Positions 1 through 10,644 of a stretch of DNA of 64,000 bases are shown piece by piece. The stretch lies in contig OX597820.1 in assembly GCA_951406725.2 (NCBI GenBank), forward strand, positions 37,138,001-37,202,000, written 5' to 3'. The translations under genes were made by a program, and so were the position numbers. This DNA comes from Octopus vulgaris (Eukaryota). The notes under the pieces are model-generated. The model made no database searches. It worked only from the letters and a program-made list of their open reading frames with translations, and was not told the origin of the DNA. The first letter of the stretch is position 1, and every line of letters begins with the position of its first letter.

Positions 1-627
1 TATGCAGTTTTAATTTCCCTCTCTGTTGCACAGATACACACGTTACATCTTATATATTCGTTTAAGAAACAGATTGGGTTTATTTACATTTCTGAAGAAG
101 AAAGATACCCTTGCCCCCACCCCTAACCCTAAAAGAGATCGAAATGCAATAGATCGATACTAAGGTTATCATTATGGGTGGACACTAAACAGGGAACGGT
201 TTTGTTATCCAGCTCTGTTTACGAGTGACCCCTCAGTTTATGGCCACACACGTGCATTTGTTTACATTTGAAGAAGATCGTCACTTTCCGTAAAATTTTT
301 ATTTTTTTCATATATGTGGGGTTAGGGTTGGAGTCTCTCTCTCTATATATATATATTCGGCGATGTTTACATCGCCATATATTCATATAGGGAGGTTGTT
401 TTCCAAAGTATAAAATCAACACGGATAGTTTTTTTTAAAATTTTTGTATATTATTTTTTCTAATTTTATTTAAAGGTAATATTTTTCTTTTCAAAATCAG
501 TATTCACTTTCTCATGTTCCACAAGCACCAAAAAATGTTATAAAAGTTAAACTATAATTAAAGTCTGTAAGCCGTGTTTCTTGATAGCGCCCACGGTGTC
601 AAAAGTATGATGTGTAACACTCTAAGG

Positions 628-828
628 CAGTGCTTTTCAAACTTTTTGCTGGAGCGGAACCCCAAGGAAACATTCCACTGGCTCGAGGAACCCCTGTGCA
701 ATAATTTAATAGTCTTATGCACACATATCTGTACAGGAGAATTAAAAATTACTGCCGATTTTAGCAGTTTTGTAACTCATTGCGGAACCCCTGGACTGTA
801 CTGGCGGAACCCTGGTTGAAAACCACTG
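628..828. mobile_element. hAT-type (Charlie-like) MITE, 201 bp
   Basis: Termini CAGTGCTTTTCAA ... TTGAAAACCACTG (12/13 inverted match). Perfect 8-bp target duplication CTCTAAGG at 620-627 and 829-836. Internal GGAACCC subterminal repeats. Confidence 0.9.
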
Positions 829-1054
829 CTCTAAGGTTTAGGGAATTACGAGATAGATTGGTTGCGGTTGATAAGTTGTACTCGTATGAAATTAAATTAC
901 TTTGAACATACGCAATTGAAATAAATAGGACTGTTTACTTTGATAATTTTGTTTCGGATCGTAGTAGACGGAAAAGCCCTTTGCTAATGAGATCAGATGA
1001 ACACAGAACTGACATGTTCACTAAATGCCCTACAATACTGGCAAGATTTCGTGT

Positions 1055-1163
1055 TTGTTTGAGTATAGAACTCTCTAGTGATTAAAGTTGTTCGAGTAAA
1101 CAACTCTTTAGTGATTAGAGGGAAGTTGTTCGAGTAAAGAACTCTTTAGTGATTAGAGGTAAA
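1055..1163 (+). repeat. Three-copy tandem repeat (33-38 bp) of the putative exon-1 end of ZNF gene 1
   Basis: Copies of TTGTTYGAGTAWASAACTCTYTAGTGATTA start at 1055, 1088 and 1126. Only the last copy is followed by GAG|GT. Confidence 0.85.
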
Positions 1164-1560
1164 TTATTCCAGCATGCTTACTGTCATTTCCATTTTATCT
1201 GAACTACGGTCTCTCCTTCCATTCAAATATTGATATATCTTTTTCTTGCGTTGTTAGTGATAAGTAATTTACTTAAGAAATTGGTCATTAACCAGAAGAT
1301 AATAGAGATATATCTCTCATTATTTCATCTTATTACTATAGTGTTAAGTAAGTATTATAGATTTTGCACATTTCTTTTATACTAAATATTTTCGTTTATA
1401 CACCATTCCTACTTACTTCATGATTCTGTTTTTCCTTCAATTTTTACTTCATTTCTCATAGCTAATTCAGTTTCCCGGAAAAGTATTTTTATATTTATTC
1501 TTATTCTTTCAGCTCTCATTTTATACTTACTCTACCGTGTTTTCTTATTCCAGGTTTCAT
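1141..1560 (+). promoter_or_regulatory. Conserved upstream block, copy 1 (putative non-coding exon-1 end, donor GT at 1159, and start of intron 1)
   Basis: GATTAGAG|GTAAAT at 1151-1164 and CATTAACCAGAAGA at 1286. Homologous blocks lie upstream of all five ZNF genes, each in gene orientation. Confidence 0.65.
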
Positions 1561-1889
1561 TTTGTTTAATAAATATACACCTAACATTTGTATATTAAAC
1601 AGAAATATGTTACTACAGTAAATAGTTTACAAGTCCGAGGGAGACAGTGATATTGTCTGTGAACGTTGCTCACATATCTATGTGAATTAGCAACAATTAT
1701 GAGTGGCACGGATTCAGAACGTGCTAATGTGAAGTCCTGCAAAAATATTTCAATAAAAACTTCATTCTGTTTTTATGAATACTATAAGATTTCTTTGAAA
1801 CCCAAATAAGATAAAAGTTTAGGAAGCCTAAAGATTAATCGAAAACACGAAATGGAAAAAAAAATTGTGCAACGGATGTAAAAAGAGGT

Positions 1890-2160
1890 GTAGAAAACAT
1901 GAAAACAAAAATGCGCGGAAGGCAACGGGGGTGGAGAGAAGACTTCGGAAAATTCACAAGATCGGAGTTTTCCCTCAACTTTTAGGAAAATGTTTTTTTT
2001 TAATGCGTTTTTAAAGGAGCTCAAAAGTTTCACTAACCCCCCCACCCCCATTTGCCTAAACGTTATGAGGGAAAAACTCGGACCTTATGAATTTTCCGAA
2101 GTCCTCTCCCCAGCCACTCATTGCTTTCCGCACAATTTTGTTTCCATATTCGTTTCCTAC
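1890..2160. mobile_element. Fold-back MITE-like element with ~100 bp inverted arms
   Basis: GACTTCGGAAAATTCACAAGATCGGAGTTTTCCCTCAAC (~1941-1979) is inverted relative to GTTATGAGGGAAAAACTCGGACCTTATGAATTTTCCGAAGTC (~2062-2103). A related single arm occurs at ~8860-8925. Confidence 0.65.
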
Positions 2161-3160
2161 TCCACGCGACTTTTTAAGCGAATTGATTTGCCAAAATAAA
2201 ACGATGACGAAAAATCACCACGTGATATGGTGAGAACGTGTTCGACTTACTAAGTACATATCGATATTACTAATGTCATCAAATGGAAGTAGCTGTAAGA
2301 TGTACAAACTCAAGATTTCTTGTTTCGTTGACGTAGGTTTCTGCCTCTTTCCTTTCGTTTATTGAATAAACGTCCATTTTGTGTTTTAAAAAAAATCCAG
2401 ACAAAGAAATTTCTCGAAAGTTTTTTGCTTCTTAATTACATTAGCCTGATTTTAGTCGCGGGATTTATAGTTTTTTTATTTGCAATATTTTCAAGCGAAT
2501 AAATGTACCTCCGGTGTATTTCATATGATATTTAAAATGAAGCCAAAATTAGTGGGTTATATACAAAAATAACTTTACTATCTTCAATGGCCGAAACGAA
2601 TAAAGAATGGTTAAAAGTGTTATGATTGTTACTTTCATTTCTCTTTCCTTTTAATCTGAATATGTTACAAATCTTGCTATAATGAACATGGAAACTAATG
2701 AACGAATCTTGACAAGTCTAGGACTCAAAACGATTGATTGCCCATTTTCTCTTTGATTAAACAAATTAGAATATATATACCCAAAATATTATTAATATGC
2801 TTATTTAACACATACGTCTTATCAAAGGTAAGTCGAAAGGCTTCGTTGAGTGAATGGCTGCTAAGATGTGCTTGTGGTGCCCTTTGTATCCTGTTTTAGC
2901 AACCATTTATGTACATTTTATTATTGTGTGCATCAAAGTTCAGTAATCTGGGACACATAATCACATATCTAATTTGTCGAATCATTGAAAAATAGACTAA
3001 GGCAGATCATGGCTTGTCGCTACTAGCTTACAGACTGGGACTTGTTCAACCCCATTTGGGTCATACGGAAAAGAGGTCCGTCTTGTGTGTTAACAGAATC
3101 AAGACATCTTAAATTCACATGAATGTCACTAACTTTGTTATAGTCATATATATATATATA

Positions 3161-3351
3161 ACGGGAAGCTTTATGAAAATAAACAAAAGACGAAGGCAGG
3201 TGGAATACAAACAAACAATTGTATTAGTATGGCGCTCAGGAATATAAATAAAACAAGTCTTTTACGTTTCGAGCCTACGCTCTTCAACAGAAAGATACAC
3301 AGAAAAGAAACACGGAGAGGAAAAAAAATGCGTGCAGAAGCTAGCGAGGCG
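3161..3351 (-). mobile_element. Penelope-like terminal-repeat fragment (~190 bp) inserted in a (TA)n tract
   Basis: Flanked on both sides by (TA)n. Contains a type I minimal hammerhead-like motif, a hallmark of Penelope-like elements. Confidence 0.55.
3258..3295 (-). ncRNA. Variant minimal type I hammerhead ribozyme motif
   Basis: Minus strand reads UCUUU-CUGUUGA-A-GAGC-GUAG-GCUC-GAAA-CG-UA-AAAGA. Stem I UCUUU/AAAGA, stem II GAGC/GCUC, palindromic ACGU in the minimal stem III. The core has U in place of canonical A6. Confidence 0.55.
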
Positions 3352-3521
3352 ATATATATATATATATATATATGTCTAGCATAAGACTGATGTTTTCATT
3401 ATCATTATTTTAATGTCCACTTTTCAATGCCCGCATGGATCAGACAACATTTGTCGATGTGGATTTTCTATGGCTGGATGCCCTTCCTGTTAGCAACTTG
3501 TTTTCATGGAACCTTTGTATG

Positions 3522-3639
3522 ACAGTGATGCCCGTTTACAACTGTTGTGCAATGTCAACACAGTGATGCCCGTTTACAACTGTTGTGCAATGTCAACACA
3601 GTGATGCCCGTTTACAACTGTTGTGCAATGTCAACACAG
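3522..3639. repeat. Perfect 3 x 38 bp tandem repeat inside a decayed RTE-tail/SINE composite
   Basis: ACAGTGATGCCCGTTTACAACTGTTGTGCAATGTCAAC at 3522, 3560 and 3598. Confidence 0.95.
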
Positions 3640-4258
3640 ACACTAACACATACATGCACATCTATTTACACAATGGGCTTCTTTCAGTTTCAATGTACCA
3701 AATCCACTCATAATGCGTTTTTTGGCTTATGGCTTTAGTACAAGGCACTTGCCACACAAGTAAGACTGAAACTGGAACCATGTATGTGGGAAGCGAACTC
3801 TATGCCTAATCAAACTTTGGGCCAAACAAAGTGATCTAGTTAACATGTTAGATAAGATGATGGGTTGGCAGAAACATAAGAGCATCTGACTAGATGCCTT
3901 GTGCTATTTGTTTCAGCCCTTTACTTCCTGTATTTAAATCTTCCTGAGGACAATGTAATTGACTGTTCTCCCTCCTACAAATATCTGGCCTTGTGTCTAT
4001 GCTAGATACAATTGTTGTATAAGTATTTCTATATGCTTGCATCAGGTGAAAAAATATTTTTAGGATGTTCTAGTAATGTTTTGCAGTGTTGGGTGTAGTG
4101 ACCAGATCCACAATCCTTATGATCCATTCCTACCTCATCTCTCTAACACAATGTCTATGTTTTAGCTCTTCCTTGCTACTGTAACTTTTAATATCTGTTC
4201 TTAAATATGTTTTCTCTCATAATCTTTATAAGCTTTGTTACTTATCTTTTTATTTCAG

Positions 4259-4634
4259 GTTATCTAATGACGTTGAGATGAAAATATTTCACAAGGATCA
4301 AGATATCGAACTTTAGAGATTGAAAATAATTTCAACAAATTATTTTTGCATCTCCTGGTTGATGTGATGTGAACTGAATTAAACTGATATTCCCTTGAAA
4401 TTTTTACCATTGCTAGAAGGTTTTTCTGTACAAATTCATCTTAGATTTACAATGAAGCTTTAACAGTTATATGTATGTATGTAACTATTAATCGATGTTT
4501 AATCATCTTTTAGCTGCTACTTATTTAGAAGGGTCTTTCCTTAGAAATACATTTGAATTGCATCCCTACCAGCCAAGATATCATAGTTTTATAAAAACCA
4601 GCAGACAGGAAAATATATATTAAGGGAGAAAGCT
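4259..4634 (+). other. Putative 5' leader part of the coding exon of ZNF gene 1 (acceptor TTTCAG at 4253-4258; uORF MTLR* at 4267-4281)
   Basis: Pyrimidine tract plus TTTCAG|G. Homologous to the regions preceding the other four ZNF start codons. Confidence 0.65.
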
Positions 4635-5294
4635 ATGGATTGGCAAGTAGGATCAAAACATAATGATGTGTCTACTGATACACAGGAAGATATAGGAGAG
4701 GATTTACACTCTTGTGATGTATGTGAGAAGTTATTCACAAAAAAAGATCTACGTCAGCATAAATTGACTCATTCACCCCCCATATTATACCAGTGTGAAG
4801 TGTGTAATGAAAAATTCTCTAGTGTCAGTGTGTTAGCTGAACACAAAGAAATCCATGCAGGAGGAAAAAATTTTCAATGTTATATTTGCGATGGCATATT
4901 TTCCACAATAACAGATTTATCTTCTCACAAATGTACCAACACAAGAGAAAGGCCATACAACTGTGATATTTGTGGCAAAACATTTTCTAGAAGTGGTCAT
5001 TTGCAAGCTCACAAACGAATCCACATCCATGGAAGACCATACAAATGTGATATATGTGGTGCAAAATTTTCTAGAGGTGGTAATTTGACTGCACACAAAA
5101 ATCTTCATAGAGGATCAATAACATATGACTGTGAAGAATGTGGAAGACAATTCAATCAAATCTGTCATTTGTCTCGACACAAACGTGTTCACTCTGGGGA
5201 AAAGCCATTCCAGTGTGATATCTGTAAAGAAAGATTTTCCAGAAGTGATGGTTTAACTCAACACAAACGCACCCACAGAAAAAAGAAAAAATAG
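4635..5294 (+). CDS. C2H2 zinc-finger protein (gene 1), 219 aa, 7 finger units (F1 one residue short, F3 lacks the last His)
   Basis: Repeated C-x2-C-x12-H-x3-H with SGEKP/TRERP-type linkers. ATG context AAAGCTATGG shared with paralogs. Confidence 0.92.
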   Translation: MDWQVGSKHNDVSTDTQEDIGEDLHSCDVCEKLFTKKDLRQHKLTHSPPILYQCEVCNEKFSSVSVLAEHKEIHAGGKNFQCYICDGIFSTITDLSSHKCTNTRERPYNCDICGKTFSRSGHLQAHKRIHIHGRPYKCDICGAKFSRGGNLTAHKNLHRGSITYDCEECGRQFNQICHLSRHKRVHSGEKPFQCDICKERFSRSDGLTQHKRTHRKKKK

Positions 5295-6940
5295 CCTTGT
5301 GATATCTATGGCAGAATATTTTTATGTAACAGTGTATTTTTAATAAACTAATTTCCTCATTTTATATCAGTGTTGTATATTTTATTACATTATTATTATC
5401 AGGGGATAGTCTGAGGCTCCTTTGTGTCTTTTATATGCACTGAATCATTTAATAGATGGTACAAGAGTACCATCTATTAAACGCCTTTAGCATTTAAACT
5501 GGTTATATCCAGCCAGCCCCAAATATTAAAAGTGGCCAGATCTGGTCTCTCATACCTACTTGACAGTGTCATTCAAATCATAAACAATGACATCATTGAA
5601 ATCTCAAAGCTACAAAATGATACAGGATTAATTCAAAAGGATTAAACATTCTGACTCTAATCAGCTTTTTGATTTTTGATTCATAACAATTCTTTCAAAT
5701 TCAGAATGGTTTCTACAACTCTTAGGGCTACTGTCTTTTGTAGCCACAGACCAATTAAAGCTTTGTAAGTAGACGAAAACCAAATGAAGCCTGTTGCATG
5801 TGTTTGTGCCTAACTGTCTTGATATTATGCAATACAAGTAGTGACATTTATTTTCAATCTTCCTTGAAAATATCCAGTCATGGGGAAGTTTGCTTGGAAA
5901 CAGGATGGACATTATCTAAGACTGGACAGAGTTACACTAATATCTATAAGAATGATTTTAGAGAATGGTTATATATGATAGCCAACATCCATTGAACAGA
6001 TGATATATATGTATACCAATGTAGTTAAGTAACATGGATGAAATTAACTATGATACACAAGTAGCCTCTCTGGTAAGATTAGTAGGAAGGATTGGTCATC
6101 CAGCCTGGTCTGTTGTTAACATTATGGAGAGCGTGTAATGACATTAAGTCACATCTAAGTTGGTGTGACTGGCATGTTGTAAAGATGATGTATGGCAGCA
6201 TGTCATCCAGCCTAATGTTACTGTTAGCATATTCTTGTAGGAATGGTGTGACAGCAAGTCACATACTTCCTGCCATCTTCTATTGCAGTACTCTTTAATC
6301 TATTTTTGTGGGGTGAACATTGGAATTTGTGACTGGCTATATTTGAGGAACTTTTGTGTTCCTGGCCATTTTTAAAGTGACTGGGAATGGGGGAGGGGAT
6401 ATGTCATGATAATGTTTGAAATTAATCTGATAAAGGATATAAGAGATTGTTATTCGTGACTGCTCATCTCAGGTTTTGGTTATAATATTAGGAATATCAG
6501 GAGTAAGGCTTGAAGATCTACACTATATGAAGATGAATTTGTAGGTGATCTATAATTTGACATTACATGTGTAATAGGTTCAATATTGACTGGGTAATTA
6601 AGCTATGTATGGGGAGGTTACCATTGATATTGTCCCAATAAGGCTACTTGATATTGTGAATAATGCAAGAAAAATTAGCCTCACTATTGCCATTTGCTTA
6701 CAAAGTGTTGTTTCATCATCATCAATGTCCACTTCTCCATGCTCACTTGAATTACATGTAATTTGTTAAGGCAGATTCTGTATATCAGGTGACTTTCCCT
6801 GTTTTGTGAGTAAGGTAACATATCTGCATGGCCAGACGTATTTTCATGGAGGAATGGAAATGGACACCACTTTTATGACTGATGCTTGTTTACAACTATT
6901 ACATAGTGTCTAAACAAAGAATCTAACACACACCCATGTA

Positions 6941-6990
<50 letters not shown>

Positions 6991-6992
<2 letters not shown>

Positions 6993-7350
6993 CAGGGTGC
7001 AATGGATAAATTGTCATTTAAATTATGCAAAAATGAAAATAAAAGTGGCATCTGATTTTAACATATATTTTCCAAAATTAAATTGAAATGTTAAAGAGTA
7101 AATTTATTTAATAAAACTGCCATTGGCTTCAACCATGTTCTTTAGACGACTTTGGAATCTTCTGCAACTCTTCTGGATGGTCTTTTTAAGTTGGTGAATG
7201 CTACCATAGTTCTTGCCTTCAGTTCATCTTTGGTGTTACAAGGAATTTTGTTGGTCTCTTGCTCAACTGCGCCCCACACAATAATTAAGGGGAATGCAGT
7301 CTGGGAAGTTAAGTGGCCAGATATTAGGGATGATGTGGCCGCAGAAATTG
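6991..7350 (-). mobile_element. Tc1/mariner-superfamily (probably DD37D/maT-like) transposon end, decayed
   Basis: TA-CAGGGTG terminus. Minus-strand PNIWPLNFPDCIPLNYCV resembles the WPPNSPDLNPLDY motif. Homologous to 22425-23199. Confidence 0.75.
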
Positions 7351-7639
7351 TGCCTGTGTTCGTCTCCCCTCACCCAATCCCTTGTAGGTGTGTTCAGGTT
7401 CTCGTAAGCTAGTGGTTCAGCAAAAGACTCTGATAGGTTAAGTACCAGGCTTAAAAAAAAGTTATGGAGTCGATTCATTCGACTAACAATTCAAGGCATA
7501 GCCACAGGCTAATGATTGAAGCAAAAGACAAAAAAGTTATAGATTTATGCATCTAAATAGAACACTGAAATCACTCAATGTCCACAGTTACTGCTGCTAG
7601 CTATTAGATCATTGAACAATATTATATTATCTGCTGCTC

Positions 7640-7790
7640 TAGGAACAAGGCCCGAAATTTTGGTGGAGGGGCCAGTTGATTGGATCGACCCAGTACGCAA
7701 TTGGTACTTAATTTATCGACCCTGAAATGATGAAAAGCAAAGTCAACCTTGGCGGAATTTGATCTCAGAACGTAAAGACAGACGAAGCAG
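7640..7790 (-). mobile_element. SINE family B fragment (central domain GCCTTTCATCCTT...GTCGATAAATTAAGTACCAG)
   Basis: Same sequence recurs at ~17352-17490 (+) and ~34016-34200 (+). Confidence 0.7.
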
Positions 7791-7916
7791 TTCACCCGGT
7801 GTAACTAAATGAAGCCTTATTCTATGCACAGGCAATAAGTTGGCAGGATTGTTAGAGCGTTAAAAAACTGCTTTGCAATTTTCGTTCCTCCGGTTCGGTA
7901 AAAACAAAATACTAAT

Positions 7917-8275
7917 AGGCGCAGGCTTGGCTGTGTGCTAAGAAGATTGCTTCCCAACCACACAATTTCGGGTTTTGTCCCATTGCGTGGCACCATGACA
8001 CCTTGGACAAGTGTCTTCTGCTAAAGCCCCGGGCCGACCAAAGCCTTGCGAGTGAATTTTGTTGGCGGAAACTGAAAGAAGCCCGTCATATGTGTGTGTG
8101 TCCATCACCAACGCTTGACAACCGATGGTGGTATTTATGTCCTCATAACTTAGCAAAAGAGACCGATAGAATAAGTACCAGGCTTTAAATAAAATAAGTA
8201 CTGGGATCGATACATTGGACAGAAAATTCTTCAAGGAGGTGCCCCAGCAGGCTAATGACTGAAACAAGTAAAAGA
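7917..8275 (+). mobile_element. tRNA-headed SINE, family A
   Basis: A-box-like TGGCTGTGTG, degenerate B-box, internal (TG)n and 3' end ATGACTGAAACAAGTAAAAGA. Aligns by eye with copies at 25060 and 53291. Confidence 0.85.
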
Positions 8276-10219
8276 TTCAAGTATCGTGGGATATTGTAGT
8301 TGGATGGAAAGATATAGATCGTTACTATTTGAGTTCTGGCTGTGTGTGGCAAAGTAACAAAATTTCTTGTACAAAAGAAGGAGGCAATAAATCTATGGAT
8401 TGCTGCATTAGAACATTTAATTTTCCTTGAATTACAAAGCTTAATTATTTTAATATTAAGTATGAAAATTGGTTGTATGAAATTGGATAGTCTTTACAGA
8501 AAAAAATAGAAATATAATAACAGAGAAGAAAAGAATACGACACAGCAACGACATGACTGGCTCAAAACGGAGAATGGCTAAAAGAAATCTCTGGGTTTGC
8601 GAGCTGCTTCTATAAGGAGAACGCTGGAGTTTTCCAGTAGCTCAAAATCTAGAAGCGTCCAAACGCGCACGCGATAATTGGTTACAATGAAGGGAGCTCA
8701 CTCACTGTAATTTCCTGCGAAGGGAGTTAATTCTACGATTTACTTCAGTGTCGATTAGCCCTCTCCTTTAAAAGTGCTACGGTTGCGCCAAAATTTGGGA
8801 CTTAAAATAATGTGTATTAAACGAATGTGAAAACAGAAATTTATGCCAACGAACCGAGTGGTGGGGAGAGGACTTTCGGAAAATTCACAAGATCCGATTT
8901 TCCCCCTCATAACTTAGAGGAAAATGGATATCTTTTATGTACTAGTCGCGTTGATTGGACCCGGTTTGCGCACACGCGCAAGCCAGTCGTAGGTAGTCGA
9001 TCCTACAGCGACATGCGTATGCAAATGAGCTGATTGGCGCAACATTGCAAAAACTAAGTTAATAGCGAGCCCCTACTGAAGCTTAGGAAATATTTTTCAA
9101 CGATATTCGGTGTATATTATTTTAAAGACAATTGCGTTTTTTTTTTATTACAAAACAATTAGAAGCATTGAAAAAAAAAGCAAAACAACCTTAAGGACAG
9201 TCAAACATTTTTTTTTTCAAAGTAGACCACTACAGGCGACAATTCACCTGTGTTTACTCTGAATAGCTCCGGCAAACTTCGTTAACCATTCAGCTATGTT
9301 CCTTCTCTTTCAACTGGAATTTAACCCCTGACCAACCCTAAATTATTAGACATTTTGGTCGTGGCCATCCCGCTTTGTTGTAAATCCAATACTGCATTGT
9401 TCAGTTTGACTTTAAAAAAAATTCGGCTGCTATTTCTAACAGCTCGGTGGAAGATATCTCTTGACCGAAGTTGTACAAGGTCTGTGTTTGCTCCTTGTTT
9501 TCAGTTTCTCCAAAGACCCAACTAAACTCTCGTCTTTAACTTCAGCTGAACAGTTCCCAGTCCCAAGACTGCCCTGGTCGTGCAGACCTGATCAAAGGAG
9601 TTTATTTTTAACCAGACGTAAAGTAACCCTTTACTTCATAGAAATGTTTTATTTCTACGTGGGGGAAATTTGGTTACTATAAGTTTACATTGAAGAGACT
9701 TGGTCGTTGACAGGAGCCTCATAAGTTAACGCAGTGAACCATTTCATACGACGCAACTAAATTCTGACCCCAAGTTGTTGGCTTGTCACCAGTAACCGAT
9801 TTTCCTGTTGAAGCCTACAGTAAAATGACCTTGTTGGGGAGGGGTTAAGCCAATTTTTAAAAACTTTTTTTTGAATTTTCATGCTGCAGTTTAGTACTTC
9901 TGGAAGTACACCGGTACTTGTACCGTAACATCGCCCGAAGTTGTTTCACTTTTTCCAATAAAAACGTTTTTAAAAAGTTACAGAGGTTTAAAATTTGATA
10001 TAATTTTCATCCTATCAGGAAAGAGGATTTGCAAGCTGTCATTTTGTGCGTGACAGCTCGTCTTATCAACTGTAAACAGAGCAAATAATTTGGGTGGGTT
10101 GATGGGGATGGTAATCAAAATTTAAAAAAAATTTTTTTGCGAAATTGTTATCTCCGATGGCAAGACTTCCTTATGTCAACACCCACCCCAATTCCCCCTT
10201 TTTAATTTTTTTTTTCTAC

Positions 10220-10577
10220 ACAAACCCCCGTTTTCGGCTACGGAGAATACCAATCTGTAAAAAATCGGCATTTCGAAATTACACCCCACCTAAATTCTTC
10301 AGTTTTCAGAAATTTTCTTCTGAAAAAAATTTCCTAAAATATTTGTAAAATTTTTTTTTCCACTTTTTTTTTTTTTTTTTTTGTCAAAATATGCGAAAAA
10401 TTACGAAGATTATGATTCTGAAACAAATTTCCAAAAATTTTTCTACTTCGGGTTAGTGGGTTAGGGCTACGGAAAAAAGTGAAAAACGAAGAAATTGGGG
10501 TGGGAGACAAAAAATTTCAAAATTCCGATTGTTTGCGATTTTCAGGAATCTCCGTATCCGAAAACGTGGGTTTTTGG
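10220..10577. mobile_element. Fold-back DNA element with ~85 bp imperfect inverted arms
   Basis: AAACCCCCGTTTTCGGCTACGGAGAAT...CCCCACCTAAATTCTTC is inverted relative to GAAGAAATTGGGGTGGG...ATCTCCGTATCCGAAAACGTGGGTTT. Related motifs at 57034-57175. Confidence 0.6.
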
Positions 10578-10644
10578 GAAATAATAATAATAATAATAAT
10601 AATAATGATGATGATGATGACGATGACGACGACGACGGCGGCTA

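Noticed and set aside
115-335. Telomeric repeat (CCCTAACCCTAA, GGGTTAGGGTT)
   Set aside because: Only about two units each, embedded in what looks like a dispersed repeat. Not a telomere array.
3522-3639. CRISPR-like array (also 1055-1163)
   Set aside because: Units are contiguous with no unique spacers, the context is eukaryotic, and there are no cas genes.
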